A stretch of 63,438 nucleotides of DNA, the filler included, from Actinomycetota bacterium (lineage in GTDB: Bacteria > Actinomycetota > CADDZG01 > JAHWKV01 > JAOPZY01): the NCBI GenBank assembly GCA_025963875.1. It is 6 parts of 6 records of this genome, joined end to end, with 100 filler letters (N's around TTAATTAATTAA, not from the genome) between each part and the next. Parts side by side here need not be neighbours in the genome. Positions count along the whole stretch, not along the records: positions 1 to 19,737 come from JAOPZY010000198.1; 5 more parts are not named here. One strand, written 5' to 3'. The notes beneath the pieces are model-generated. The model made no database searches and was not told the DNA's origin. It saw only the letters and a list, made by a program, of their open reading frames with translations. A program made the position numbers and the translations under genes. How positions within the stretch are numbered: the stretch's first letter is position 1; every line of letters begins with the position of its first letter. Below are positions 8,985-18,941 of the stretch, one piece after another.

Positions 8985-9695
8985 TCACAAAAGCTCGGTC
9001 CCGTTGATGACGAGGCGGAACTGGCAATCGAGGAACTCCGCGGCGCGCCGGCACATCGCCATGCGCTCGAGGAAGATCTCGAAGTACTCCATGATCTTGC
9101 ACATCGCGGTATCGATGGTCAGTTCCAGGGTCAGCGTCCGCTTGTCGGCGTCAAGAGAAAGGACGCTGGACTCGGCTGCGAAGTTCACCCGGTCGTGGAT
9201 GTCGAAGCTCTCCGGGTCCTTGTTGCGAACCCGTGAGCGGTGGACGTCGGCCTTGTCGGCGAGGATGAGGGCAGCGCTCTCCGGCGACACGGGCTGCCCG
9301 ATGCCCTCCTCGTGGTTGCCGACGGCGCCGAGGACGATCCCGATCTCCTTGTACGGCATGCCGAGCTCGCCGAGGATCTGGTACGAGATGGCCGCCCCGG
9401 ACTGGGGGTGGCCGGCTCGGGAGATGAAGTTCCCCATGTCGTGGAGGTAGCCGGCGATCGCCGCGCGCTCCGGCACCCGCTTCTCGTAGCCGAGATCCTT
9501 GAGAAGCTTGCGGGCGTCCCGGGCGACGATCTTGGCGTGGCGGAAGCCGTGCTCGGTGTAGCCGAGCGCGCCGAGGTAGTCGTCCGCCAGCCGGATGAAC
9601 GTCTTCACGGCGGGGTGCGACTTCACCTGGGGCAGGTTGACCACGAGGGGGGATCCACCGCCGCGCCGGGCGGGTTCTACCACTTTGAGCGCCAT
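8985..9695 (-). CDS. HD-superfamily phosphohydrolase
   Basis: GYTEHGFRHA, YLHDMGN, GNHEE, LADKADVHRSRVR, DIHDRVN. Confidence 0.85.
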   Translation of the reverse strand: MALKVVEPARRGGGSPLVVNLPQVKSHPAVKTFIRLADDYLGALGYTEHGFRHAKIVARDARKLLKDLGYEKRVPERAAIAGYLHDMGNFISRAGHPQSGAAISYQILGELGMPYKEIGIVLGAVGNHEEGIGQPVSPESAALILADKADVHRSRVRNKDPESFDIHDRVNFAAESSVLSLDADKRTLTLELTIDTAMCKIMEYFEIFLERMAMCRRAAEFLDCQFRLVINGTELL

Positions 9696-9698
9696 TAC

Positions 9699-10082
9699 CT
9701 ACTCTGTATCGTCAGTTCCGGCAGTTCCCTCAAGACCTGCGGAATCGGATGTGGTGTCGAGGTCGGGCACCTCCACCTTCCGGCCGATCGCCTGGCGGAG
9801 CACGCGGATCACGCAGCCATCGGAGATCTCCAGATTGATGAAGTCGTCGTGGATGGATTTGACGTAGCCGACGATCCCTCCGATGGTGACCACCTCGTCG
9901 CCCGGGACCAGGGTGCTGACGAGGTCCTCGTGCTGGCGCAGCTTCCGCTTCTGCGGCCGGATCATGAAGATGTAGAAGAAGCCACCGAGCAGCAGGAGGG
10001 GCACCAGGAGGGAAAGGGGGGATCCCGAGCTCTTGGCTGCTGCCTGAAGTTGGGCGGCGGCGAGGTGGAGGGCGACGTGCAT
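9699..10082 (-). CDS. yajC: Preprotein translocase subunit YajC
   Basis: TM helix then FMIRPQKRK...LVPGDEVVTIGGIVG. ATG 10082 lies 6 nt after TACACT. Confidence 0.92.
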   Translation of the reverse strand: MHVALHLAAAQLQAAAKSSGSPLSLLVPLLLLGGFFYIFMIRPQKRKLRQHEDLVSTLVPGDEVVTIGGIVGYVKSIHDDFINLEISDGCVIRVLRQAIGRKVEVPDLDTTSDSAGLEGTAGTDDTE

Positions 10083-10097
10083 AGGCACAGTGTAGTG

Positions 10098-11126
10098 CTA
10101 GACGAGTCGCTCGAAGGCCTCCCGGAGCCCCAGATGCTCGTAGGCGGAGAGCGTGGCCAGCCTGCCCCTGGGTGTCCGCTGGATGAAGCCCTTCCGCAGG
10201 AGGAACGGCTCGTAGACGTCCTCGATCGTGTCCGGCTCCTCGCCCACGGCCACCGCCAGGGTGGTCAGCCCGACCGGCCGGCCCCGGAACCGCTCGGCGA
10301 GGGCGCTCAGGATGGCCATGTCCACCTTGTCGAGGCCCTCGGTGTCGACCTGGAACAGGTCGAGGGCGTCGCGGGCCACCTCCAGGCTGATCCTCCCGGC
10401 GGCCCGGACCTGGGCGAAGTCCCGCACCCGGCGCAGCAGCCGGTTGGCGATGCGGGGCGTCCCCCGGGCGCGGACGGCGATCTCCTCCCCGGCCTCGGGC
10501 TCGATCCCGATGTCGAGGATGGCTGCGGAGCGCCGGATGATCGCCGCCAGCTCGGGCGGCTCGTAGAAGTCAAGGCGGCCGGTGAAGCCGAAGCGATCCC
10601 GCAGCGGGGAGGTGAGCATCCCGGTGCGGGTGGTTGCGCCGACGAGCGTGAAGCGGGGGATCTCGACCCGGATCGACCGGGCGGAGGGCCCCTTGCCGAT
10701 GACGATGTCGAGGCGGAAGTCCTCCATCGCCGGGTACAGGATCTCCTCGACCGTGCGGGCGAGCCGGTGGATCTCGTCGATGAAGAGCACGTCGCGGTCC
10801 TGGAGGTTGGTCAGGATGGCCGCCAGGTCCCCGGCCCGCTCCAGCACCGGGCCGGAGGTGACGCTGAAGCCCACCCCGAGCTCCGAGGCGACGATGTGGG
10901 CGAGCGTCGTCTTCCCGAGGCCGGGGCTGCCGGCGAAGAGCAGGTGGTCGGCGGGTTCGTCCCGTGCCTTGGCAGCGTCGAGGATGATCGAGAGGTGCTC
11001 CTTGGTGGAGGCCTGCCCGACGAAGTCGTCGAGGCTGCGGGGCCGAAGCGACCGGTCGAGCTCGACCTCCTCGACGGCACGCTCCTCCGGCGAGGCGGCC
11101 GGGCCGAGGATACGGCCGTCGGTCAT
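10098..11126 (-). CDS. ruvB: Holliday junction helicase RuvB
   Basis: [61 protein letters not shown]. Confidence 0.97.
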   Translation of the reverse strand: MTDGRILGPAASPEERAVEEVELDRSLRPRSLDDFVGQASTKEHLSIILDAAKARDEPADHLLFAGSPGLGKTTLAHIVASELGVGFSVTSGPVLERAGDLAAILTNLQDRDVLFIDEIHRLARTVEEILYPAMEDFRLDIVIGKGPSARSIRVEIPRFTLVGATTRTGMLTSPLRDRFGFTGRLDFYEPPELAAIIRRSAAILDIGIEPEAGEEIAVRARGTPRIANRLLRRVRDFAQVRAAGRISLEVARDALDLFQVDTEGLDKVDMAILSALAERFRGRPVGLTTLAVAVGEEPDTIEDVYEPFLLRKGFIQRTPRGRLATLSAYEHLGLREAFERLV

Positions 11127-11710
11127 GCCTTGGCCGGCTCCCGGCCGGCGAGCTGCTGCAGGGCGGCCCGCACCATGTCCTCGACCGAGGCGCCGGGCAC
11201 GGCCACGTTTTCGAGGATGCCCCGCAGCTCCGACGGCGTGTAGCCGAGACCCGTCAGCGCCCCCCGCACCTCGGCCAGCGCCGAGCCGGGCACCGCCGAG
11301 CCGTCGATGACGACATCGAGGCGGTCGCGCAGCTCCAGCAGCATCCGCTGGGCGCCCCGGCGCCCAACGCCCGGAACGGAGGTCAAAGCGTCGACGTCCC
11401 CGGCGGCCACCGCCTGGCGGAGCGCCATCGGCTCGAACACCGAGAGGACCGCCAGGGCCAGCTTCGGCCCGACGCCCGTCACGCCCATCAGGGTCTGGAA
11501 CAGCTCCCGCTGGTCGGAGGTCCGGAAACCGTAGAGCGTCATCGAGTCCTCCCGGACCACCAGATGCGTCAGCAGGCGCACCTGCTGGCCCCGCCCGAGG
11601 CCCGCCAGCACGGGGGCGGGGGCGTGGACGAGGTAGCCGACCCCCGCCACGTCGACCACGGCAGCGACCGGGGACACCTCGGCGACCTCGCCGGTGAGGG
11701 AGGCGATCAC
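11123..11710 (-). CDS. ruvA: Holliday junction DNA-binding protein RuvA
   Basis: [33 protein letters not shown]. Confidence 0.96.
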   Translation of the reverse strand: MIASLTGEVAEVSPVAAVVDVAGVGYLVHAPAPVLAGLGRGQQVRLLTHLVVREDSMTLYGFRTSDQRELFQTLMGVTGVGPKLALAVLSVFEPMALRQAVAAGDVDALTSVPGVGRRGAQRMLLELRDRLDVVIDGSAVPGSALAEVRGALTGLGYTPSELRGILENVAVPGASVEDMVRAALQQLAGREPAKA

Positions 11711-12210
11711 CGCGGGGCTCCCCCGAGCGCCCGGACCTTCCGGGAGTGGATGTGGCAGATGGCGACCGCGAGGGCATCGGCGGCGTCCGGGGTATCGGTG
11801 CGGAACGAGCCGCTGAGAAGGCGGGCCACCATGAACCGCATCTGGTCCTTCGACGCCGATCCCGTCCCGACGACCGCCAGCTTCACCTCAAGCGGCGCGT
11901 ATTCGTAGACGTCGGTCCCCGCCCGGGCCGCCACCAGCAGGGCGACACCGGACGCCTGCGCCACGGGCACGAGCGTCCGGGCGTTCATCTTGTAGAAGAT
12001 CCGCTCGACGGCGACGGCGTCGGGCCGCCACTGTTCGATCAACGCCGAGAGTGCCTCGAACACGACGTCGAGGCGCCGGGGGACGGGGTCGGCCGGGGAC
12101 GTGACGACGGTGTCGCAGGCGAGGGCCGCCAGGCGCTGGCCCTCCTGCTCGACCACGCCCACCCCCATGCGCGTGAGGCCTGGATCGATGCCCATCGTCC
12201 GCAGCGCCAT
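11707..12210 (-). CDS. ruvC: Crossover junction endodeoxyribonuclease RuvC
   Basis: [43 protein letters not shown]. Confidence 0.96.
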   Translation of the reverse strand: MALRTMGIDPGLTRMGVGVVEQEGQRLAALACDTVVTSPADPVPRRLDVVFEALSALIEQWRPDAVAVERIFYKMNARTLVPVAQASGVALLVAARAGTDVYEYAPLEVKLAVVGTGSASKDQMRFMVARLLSGSFRTDTPDAADALAVAICHIHSRKVRALGGAPR

Positions 12211-12233
12211 GAGCGAAGCAACCCACCCTTCGA

Positions 12234-12261
12234 TCGAACAGCTGTTTGGGCTTTGATCATA
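12234..12261 (-). promoter_or_regulatory. Putative LexA (SOS) box and -10 hexamer upstream of ruvC
   Basis: TCGAAC-AGCT-GTTTGG (12234-12249) has 2 mismatches to the actinobacterial TCGAAC-N4-GTTCGA box. TATGAT lies on the minus strand at 12256-12261. Confidence 0.65.
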
Positions 12262-12355
12262 GCGAGCGGAAAGCCTGGGGCCCTGCATTTCGATCAGGTA
12301 AAATCCCGGGACGCCGTTCGGCTCATGACCTCGGCCCGGCCTTTGGAGGACACCC

Positions 12356-13180
12356 TTGAGGAACGTACTATCCCGGCTCGCGAACGCCCACCCCCTGAAG
12401 CAGGCCCTGGCCGGCGTCGCCGTGCTGTTGGTGGCTGCGGCAGCATTCGAGGGCTGGGGGCTGCTCACCCGCTCCTCGCCCAAGCACCACGTCGCCAAGC
12501 CCGTGGCAGTGGCGACGCCGACCGAATCCCCCACCCCCAGCCCGAGCGACCTCCCGGCGCCCACCCAGACCGCCGTGCCCGTCCCCGTCAGCTCCACGGT
12601 GGCGACGGCCCAGGGCCAACTCATCGTCGCCCGCACCGCACCGAATGCAAAGGCGAAAGTCGTGCAGAGCATCTCGCCCCACAACCTGATCGGCCAGGAC
12701 ACGCCGTTCCTCGTGGTGGGCTCGCAGCCGGGCTGGTTGCAGGTCCAGCTCCCTGTCCGTCCCAACGGGACCACGGGATGGGTGTCCGCCGACCAGGTCG
12801 CGACCTCCACCGTGGGCGACTACCTGCTGGCCACGCTCTCGACGTACCGGCTGGACCACTACCGGGACGGCAAGCTCGTCGACTCCTTCCCCATCGGGAT
12901 CGGCGTCCCCGCCACGCCGACCCCCACCGGCACCTTCTACATCTGGGCCATCCAGGACGCCCCGGGCCCCCCGTACGACCCGGTGATCCTCGCCCTCTCG
13001 GCCTTCTCCCCCACCCTCACCAACTGGCCGCTCGGGGGCATCGTCGGCGTGCACGGCTGGCAGGACCCCAGCGTCGAGGGCAAGCAGATCTCGAACGGCT
13101 GCCTGCGGATGCACCCGGGAGACGTGAGCAAGCTGGAGAAGGACCTGCCGCTCGGCACCCCGATCCAGATAGTCAACTGA
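12356..13180 (+). CDS. L,D-transpeptidase (YkuD family), membrane-anchored
   Basis: N-terminal TM, Pro/Thr linker, TPTPTGTF, VGVHG...SNGCLRM catalytic motif. Confidence 0.9.
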   Translation: MRNVLSRLANAHPLKQALAGVAVLLVAAAAFEGWGLLTRSSPKHHVAKPVAVATPTESPTPSPSDLPAPTQTAVPVPVSSTVATAQGQLIVARTAPNAKAKVVQSISPHNLIGQDTPFLVVGSQPGWLQVQLPVRPNGTTGWVSADQVATSTVGDYLLATLSTYRLDHYRDGKLVDSFPIGIGVPATPTPTGTFYIWAIQDAPGPPYDPVILALSAFSPTLTNWPLGGIVGVHGWQDPSVEGKQISNGCLRMHPGDVSKLEKDLPLGTPIQIVN

Positions 13181-13319
13181 TCCCTCCCCCACGTGGGGGA
13201 GCCTGCAGGCTCCGTAACTAGGTAAAACGAGCCGTTCAGGACAACCCGTCCCCAGCCGAAGTAGTACGTGAGGGCCACCATTCGCAGGCACCTCTCACGA
13301 GACGGGGGAGACACATTCC

Positions 13320-13418
13320 ATGAACGCCTTCGGGGCATTCGGCATGATCATCGCTGGTGTTGGGCTCGTCGGTATCGTCGCCAGCTACATCTGGGGCCTG
13401 GCAGGCGCCAAGAAGTAG
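13320..13418 (+). CDS. 32-aa single-TM small protein (MNAFGAFGMIIAGVGLVGIVASYIWGLAGAKK)
   Basis: GGGGGAG Shine-Dalgarno 9 nt before ATG, hydrophobic core, KK tail, GC-ending codons, downstream terminator. Confidence 0.65.
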   Translation: MNAFGAFGMIIAGVGLVGIVASYIWGLAGAKK

Positions 13419-13436
13419 TACCAACGCACCGCTGCG

Positions 13437-13466
13437 GGCCGGGGACCTCCCCGGCCTTCTGCTTTT
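13437..13466 (+). terminator. Intrinsic terminator-like hairpin
   Basis: GGCCGGGG-ACCT-CCCCGGCC followed by TTCTGCTTTT. Confidence 0.55.
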
Positions 13467-13531
13467 CCGAGGTGCGGAGCTTTTCCCGCGCAAGATGCAG
13501 ATCGACCGGGCGATGAAGCGCCGCCGCTAGG

Positions 13532-13577
13532 CGTTTGAGTAAATCCCGCCCCTATGGGGGCGGAAAACGCTCACACG
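13532..13577. repeat. 46-nt imperfect palindrome of similar architecture to the 47-nt family
   Basis: CGTTTGAG...CCGCCCC-TATG-GGGGCGG...CTCACACG with co-centred outer and inner stems. Confidence 0.65.
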
Positions 13578-13678
13578 TTTATAGAATAGCGTTCTGGAGC
13601 CTTGGATGGCGCAGGTTACACGCCAGCATGGCGTCATCTCGCTGGCTCGCCCCGGACGTGGGAGCAGCGGATCACGGC

Positions 13679-14431
13679 TTAGCCGGCCGCCAGTTCTGCC
13701 ATGACGTCGTCGGGGACGTCGAAATTGGAGTGGACCTCCTGGACGTCGTCGAGGTCCTCCAGGGCATCGAGCAGCTTCAGCACCGGGCCGGCGCCGGCGC
13801 GGTCGAGCTCGATCGTCGTCGAGGGCTCCATCGTGATCTGGGCGGAGTCGACGGGCAGGCCCGCCTCCTCGATGGCGGCCCGTACCTTGGGCAGGTCGCT
13901 GGGGGCGCTCGTCACCTGCCAAACGTCCCCCTGATCGGACAGGTCCTCGGCCCCCTCCTGCAGCGCCAGGGCCAGCAGGTCGTCCTCGCTCACCGACGCC
14001 TTGGGGATCATCACGATCCCCCGCTTCGTGAACATCCACGACACGGCCCCCGGCTCGGCCAGGCTGCTGCCGTACTTGGTGAAGATCCGGCGGACGTCGG
14101 CGGCCGCCCGGTTGCGGTTGTCGGTGAGGACGTCCACGAGCACGGCGACGCCACCGGGCGCGTAGCCCTCGTAGGTCAGCGTCTCGTAGGTGACGCCCTC
14201 GAGCTCGCCGGTCCCCCGCTTGATCGCCCGCGTGATGGTGTCGGTGGGGATGCTGTCGTCGCGTGCCCGGGCGACGGCGTCGGCAAGCGTGGGGTTGGCC
14301 TCGATCTTGCCCCCACCTTCCCGGGCGGCAACCTCGATGCCCCGCAGCCGCTTGGCGAAGGTCTTCCCCCGGCGGGCGTCGATGATCGCCTTCTTGTGCT
14401 TGATCCCCGCCCACTTCGAGTGACCCGACAT
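13679..14431 (-). CDS. yebC: YebC/PmpR family protein
   Basis: MSGHSKW..IKHKK, YEGYAPGGVA, TDNRNR, LEDLDDVQEVHSN. Confidence 0.96.
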   Translation of the reverse strand: MSGHSKWAGIKHKKAIIDARRGKTFAKRLRGIEVAAREGGGKIEANPTLADAVARARDDSIPTDTITRAIKRGTGELEGVTYETLTYEGYAPGGVAVLVDVLTDNRNRAAADVRRIFTKYGSSLAEPGAVSWMFTKRGIVMIPKASVSEDDLLALALQEGAEDLSDQGDVWQVTSAPSDLPKVRAAIEEAGLPVDSAQITMEPSTTIELDRAGAGPVLKLLDALEDLDDVQEVHSNFDVPDDVMAELAAG

Positions 14432-14989
14432 CTACGCCATCTCCTCCAGAAAGAACCGGTGCATGGCAAGGGTACCCGCGAGCTCGGGGTGGAAAGCGAT
14501 GGCGAGCAGGCGGCCGGAGCGTACCGCCACGGGCCGGCCGGCCCACGTGGCGAGGACCTCGACCCCCTCCCCGGGATCCTCGAAGACCGGCGCCCGGATG
14601 AACACGGCAGGGACGATACCCACGCCGGTCACGTCGATCTCGGCCTCGAAGGACTCCCGCTGGCGGCCGTAGGCGTTGCGACGCACCGCCACGTCGAGCA
14701 CGCCCAGCGGCGGCTCGCCGTCGGAGGCCTTCGAGGCCAGGACGATGGCGCCGGCGCAGGTCCCGAACACGGGCAGGCCCGCCTCGATGTGCTTGACAAG
14801 CGGCTCCCGCAGCTCGTAGCGGTCGACGAGCTTCAGCATCGTCGTCGACTCGCCGCCCGGGATGATCAGGGCGTCGACGTGCTCCAGGTCGGCGGCCGTC
14901 CGGACTTCGATGGGGTCGGTGCCGCAGGCCTCCAACGCGCGGCGGTGCTCCGCGAAATCCCCCTGCAGCGCAAGAACACCAGGGCGCAC
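14432..14989 (-). CDS. pdxT: PLP synthase glutaminase subunit
   Basis: GVLALQGDFAEH, PGGESTT, GTCAG, RNAYGRQRESFE, FIRAP, FHPEL. GTG start after GAGGAGG. Confidence 0.96.
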   Translation of the reverse strand: MRPGVLALQGDFAEHRRALEACGTDPIEVRTAADLEHVDALIIPGGESTTMLKLVDRYELREPLVKHIEAGLPVFGTCAGAIVLASKASDGEPPLGVLDVAVRRNAYGRQRESFEAEIDVTGVGIVPAVFIRAPVFEDPGEGVEVLATWAGRPVAVRSGRLLAIAFHPELAGTLAMHRFFLEEMA

Positions 14990-15000
14990 CGGTCCTCCTC

Positions 15001-15885
15001 CTACCACCCGCGGGGGGCGAGCCGCTCCTCCACCGGGATGTCCCGAAGATCCAGGCCGCGCATGGGCTCGCCGAGGCCCCGCGACACCTTGGCGAGCACC
15101 TCGGGATCCTTGAAGTAGGTGGTGGCCTCGACGATCGCCCGCGCCCGGAGAGCCGGGTCCTCGCTCTTGAAGATCCCGGACCCGACGAAGACGCCCTCGG
15201 CCCCGAGCTGCATGACGAGGGAGGCGTCGGCCGGCGTGGCGAGGCCGCCGGCGCAGAACAACACGACGGGGAGCTTGCCAGCTGCCGCGACCTCCCGCAC
15301 CAGCTCGTAGGGAGCGCCCAGTTCTTTGGCCTCGGACATGAGCTCCTCGACCGGGGCCACCTGCAGGCGCCGGATGCCGTCGCCGATGGCCCGGAGGTGG
15401 CGGACCGCCTCGACGACGTTGCCCGTGCCGGCCTCGCCCTTCGACCGGATCATCGCGGCCCCCTCCCCGATGCGCCGCAGCGCTTCACCGAGTTCGGTGG
15501 CGCCGCAGACGAACGGAACGGTGAAGGCCCACTTGTCCACGTGGTAGCGCTCGTCGGCGGGGGTGAGGACCTCGGACTCGTCGATGAAGTCCACGCCGAG
15601 GGCCTGGAGCACCTGCGCCTCGGCGAAGTGGCCGATCCGGCACTTGGCCATGACCGGGATGGTGACCGCCTCGACGATTTCGACGATGCGGTTGGGGTCG
15701 GCCATGCGGGCGACCCCGCCCTCCCGCCGGATGTCGGCAGGCACCCGCTCGAGCGCCATGACGGCGACGGCCCCGGCCTCCTCGGCAATGCGGGCCTGCT
15801 CCGCCGAGGTGACGTCCATGATGACGCCGCCCTTCAGCATCTCTGCCAAGCCGCGCTTGATCCGGTCAGTTCCGTGCTCGACCAT
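15001..15885 (-). CDS. pdxS: PLP synthase lyase subunit
   Basis: [59 protein letters not shown]. Confidence 0.97.
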   Translation of the reverse strand: MVEHGTDRIKRGLAEMLKGGVIMDVTSAEQARIAEEAGAVAVMALERVPADIRREGGVARMADPNRIVEIVEAVTIPVMAKCRIGHFAEAQVLQALGVDFIDESEVLTPADERYHVDKWAFTVPFVCGATELGEALRRIGEGAAMIRSKGEAGTGNVVEAVRHLRAIGDGIRRLQVAPVEELMSEAKELGAPYELVREVAAAGKLPVVLFCAGGLATPADASLVMQLGAEGVFVGSGIFKSEDPALRARAIVEATTYFKDPEVLAKVSRGLGEPMRGLDLRDIPVEERLAPRGW

Positions 15886-15983
15886 GCAGGGTCTCCTCAG
15901 TATGAACAGCTAGGAGGACAATTCTACCGCCGCGGCCCCCCACAGGGCCCCAGGCTGGGTCCCTCGCGAGGTAGGCTCCGAGC

Positions 15984-16979
15984 GTGAGCGACAACGTCGG
16001 GCCCCTCTTCGGGGTCACCCCCGGCCACAACCTCGGGATGGACCTCGTGCGCGTCACCGAGGCTGGCGCCCTTGCCGCTGCCCGCTGGCTGGGCCGGGGC
16101 GACAAGGACGGCGCCGACGGAGCCGCCGTCGACGCCATGCGCACCATGCTGGCCACCATCCCGATGGATGGGCTGGTCGTCATCGGGGAAGGGGAGAAGG
16201 ACGAGGCCCCCATGCTGTACAACGGCGAGCGCGTCGGCAACGGCGAGCCCCCGTTGGTCGACATCGCCGTCGATCCCGTCGACGGCACCACCCTCACGGC
16301 CAAGGGCCAGCCCTCTGCTCTGGTGCTGCTCGCAGTGGCAGAACGTGGCGCGATGTTCGATCCCGGGCCCTGCTTCTACATGGAGAAGATATCTACCGGC
16401 CCCGACGCTGCCGACGTGATCGACATCGAGGCGCCGATCGCGGAGAACCTCAAGCGGATCGCCCGTGCCAAGCGGGAGGACATCGAGGAGCTGACCGTGG
16501 TGATCCTCGACCGTCCACGCCACGTCGACCTCATCGCAGACGTGCGAGCCGCCGGTGCCCGCATCAAGCTGATCCCCGACGGCGACGTTGCGGTCTCCAT
16601 CGCCGCGGCCAGGGAGGGCACGGGGATCGACCTTGTCATCGGGATCGGCGGCACCCCCGAGGGCGTGATCACGGCGTGTGCCATGAAGGGTCTCGGCGGC
16701 GTGATCCAGGGCCGCATGCACCCTCGTAGCGACGAGGAGCACAAGGCAGTCCTCGATGCCGGCTACGACCTCACCCGGGTCCTCACCACCGACGACCTCG
16801 TTGCGGGCAACGCCTACTTCGCCGCCACCGGCATCAGCGACGGCGACCTGCTGCACGGCGTGCGGTACCGGGGTGACCGGGCGACGACGCAGTCGATCAT
16901 GACCCGCTCCGAGTCCGGGACGGTACGGTTCGTGACGGCCGAGCACGCCTCCCACAAGCCCTGGAGGCTTTCCCAGTAG
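15984..16979 (+). CDS. glpX: Class II fructose-1,6-bisphosphatase
   Basis: [46 protein letters not shown]. Confidence 0.96.
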   Translation: MSDNVGPLFGVTPGHNLGMDLVRVTEAGALAAARWLGRGDKDGADGAAVDAMRTMLATIPMDGLVVIGEGEKDEAPMLYNGERVGNGEPPLVDIAVDPVDGTTLTAKGQPSALVLLAVAERGAMFDPGPCFYMEKISTGPDAADVIDIEAPIAENLKRIARAKREDIEELTVVILDRPRHVDLIADVRAAGARIKLIPDGDVAVSIAAAREGTGIDLVIGIGGTPEGVITACAMKGLGGVIQGRMHPRSDEEHKAVLDAGYDLTRVLTTDDLVAGNAYFAATGISDGDLLHGVRYRGDRATTQSIMTRSESGTVRFVTAEHASHKPWRLSQ

Positions 16980-16985
16980 GGCGGA

Positions 16986-17453
16986 TCAGCCGGAGAGCGC
17001 TGCCTCGCGCTCCAGTGTCATATGCCCGTGGGCCTCGATGTCGTCCGTCGCCGTGCTGCCGGCATGGAGAATCTCGATCCTGCGGGCCTTGGCCTGCTCC
17101 ACCATCGGGATGGTGATCGTGAGCACGCCGTTGTCGCAGGTGGCGGTGAGGTGATCCCCGTCAAGGCTCTGTCCGAGGAACAGCTGACGGCTGACCTCGC
17201 CCTGTGCCCGCTCGGTGATCTGGACCTGGTCGCCCTCGGCCGGGAGCCAGCTGCGGCACGCCCACACGCTGAGGACGTCGTTCTCGACCGTCAGTTCGAT
17301 GGAGTCGGGATCCACGCCCGGCAGGTCGAGATGGATCTTGAACTCGTTGCCACGACGGTACGCGTCCACCGGGATCTGCCGAACCGGACGCTCGCTTCGC
17401 ATCTCTTCGCTCATCCGGTCGGACCCGCGAAGCGGCTCGAATCGCATCAACAT
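16986..17453 (-). CDS. Hsp20/alpha-crystallin small heat shock protein
   Basis: MLMRFEP, DLPGVDPDSIELTVENDVL, RQLFLG, NGVLTITIP. Confidence 0.9.
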   Translation of the reverse strand: MLMRFEPLRGSDRMSEEMRSERPVRQIPVDAYRRGNEFKIHLDLPGVDPDSIELTVENDVLSVWACRSWLPAEGDQVQITERAQGEVSRQLFLGQSLDGDHLTATCDNGVLTITIPMVEQAKARRIEILHAGSTATDDIEAHGHMTLEREAALSG

Positions 17454-17584
17454 GGTGGGAATCCTTTCTGTGGACCTCGAAGCGGCTGGCGGTCGGTGAC
17501 AGCCGAGCTCCGCTGCCCTCATCCTATTCCCGTTGCCAGATACTAGCAATAGATTTCTTGTAATAGTCAGCTATTATTCTGCTC

Positions 17585-17863
17585 GTGGCGGAGTGGAGCT
17601 TTCTCACCAACCATGCCCGGGTGCTGGTCTGCATCGCTCATGACCCCGGGATGCGCCTGCGCGACATTGCCGCGGCGCTGGGCATCACCGAGCGCACCGC
17701 CTACGGCATCGTCACGGACCTGACCGCCGCGGGCTACCTGGTCAAGGACAAGGACGGCCGGCGTAACCGCTACCAGATCCAGGTGCACCTGCCGATGAGA
17801 GAGGCCAGCAGGGAGCGAACGATTGGTGAGGTGCTGGAGCTTCTCGTCGACAGAAATCCCTGA
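17585..17863 (+). CDS. Small winged-HTH transcriptional regulator
   Basis: WSFLTNHARVLVCIA..P..RLRDIA..LGITER...GRRNRY signature. Confidence 0.85.
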   Translation: MAEWSFLTNHARVLVCIAHDPGMRLRDIAAALGITERTAYGIVTDLTAAGYLVKDKDGRRNRYQIQVHLPMREASRERTIGEVLELLVDRNP

Positions 17864-17870
17864 ACCGGTA

Positions 17871-18941
17871 CTAACCGGAGCCTGGTCCCCCGGCGCTCTC
17901 GTAGCACGTGAGGATCTCCGGGGCGAGCACCCGCCAGTCCAGCTGGGCCGCGCGGGCCTTCCCCGCCTCCGCGAGAGCTGCAGCCGCAGCGGGCGACGCC
18001 AGCACTCCCCGGAGCGCGCCAGCGAGGCAGCCCGGGTCCCCCGGCTGCACGAAGAGGGCGGCATCGCCGGCCGCCTCCCGGTAGCCGGGAAGATCGGAGC
18101 ACACGACGGGGGCACCGGCGGCCATGGCCTCCACCAGCACGATGCCGAACGACTCCCCTCCGAGCGACGGGGCGCAGTAGGCGTCCGCTGCCGCGTAGAT
18201 GCCGGGGAGCCGGTCGTCCGCCACCCGCCCGAGCGGCACGACCCAGCCGGGATGCCGGCCGGGGGCTGACGTCGTGACCAGCCGGACGTCGAGGTGGCGT
18301 CGCAGCAGCGACATGGCATCGACCAGCGTGCCGAAGCCCTTCCGCGGCTCCGGCCGGCCGACGAACAGGACGTAGGGCTTCATGCGCTGCAGCTCCGGGT
18401 CCGGTGCAGCGCCGGCGAAGCGGCAGACGGACACCCCGTTGGGGATCAGGTGGTAGTCGCCCGGGAAGTAGGTAGCGATCAGTGACCGGGCCGCCGCCGA
18501 CACCGCGATCCTGACGTCGATCCGCTCGACAAAGCGGCGAAGAAAGGGCTGGGCCGCCGCGTAGCCGAAGCTGCGCTCGGCCGAGGCATGGAAGGTGGCC
18601 ACCACCGGCAGCCGTGCCCCCATGAGCGCCAGGAGCGACAGGCTCGGGATCGCCGGCTCGTGCAGGTGCAGCAGGTCGAGGTCGCCTCGGCTCAGGCGCT
18701 CGTCGAGGCGCCGCCTGGCGCCGGGTCCGAAGGCGATCCGGGCCACGGATCCGTTCGCCGGCACGGGCAGCGTCCGGCCCGCGGCCCAGATCCCGGGCTC
18801 CCGCTGCGTCGCCGGTGCGATGATCTCGGCGCTCCACCGCCCAGCCGACGCCTCCGGCAGCGCCTCGGCAAGGCCGAGGATGTGGCTGCGGACACCGCCG
18901 GGATGGGACCAGTCGTACGGGCAGACGACGCCGACCTTCAC
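17871..18941 (-). CDS. pimA: GT4 glycosyltransferase, phosphatidyl-myo-inositol mannosyltransferase (PimA-like)
   Basis: VCPYDWSHPGGV, NGSVARI, HLHEP, VATFHAS, PRKG, GGESFGIVLVEAMAAG. Directly follows the PIM acyltransferase with a GTGA overlap. Confidence 0.85.
   Translation of the reverse strand: MKVGVVCPYDWSHPGGVRSHILGLAEALPEASAGRWSAEIIAPATQREPGIWAAGRTLPVPANGSVARIAFGPGARRRLDERLSRGDLDLLHLHEPAIPSLSLLALMGARLPVVATFHASAERSFGYAAAQPFLRRFVERIDVRIAVSAAARSLIATYFPGDYHLIPNGVSVCRFAGAAPDPELQRMKPYVLFVGRPEPRKGFGTLVDAMSLLRRHLDVRLVTTSAPGRHPGWVVPLGRVADDRLPGIYAAADAYCAPSLGGESFGIVLVEAMAAGAPVVCSDLPGYREAAGDAALFVQPGDPGCLAGALRGVLASPAAAAALAEAGKARAAQLDWRVLAPEILTCYESAGGPGSG

Noticed and set aside
6296..11243. Very long antisense ORFs (903 aa, 667 aa) and similar ones at 33380-35773, 36829-39210 and 55443-57428
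   Set aside because: Shadow frames of high-GC genes with no recognisable motifs.
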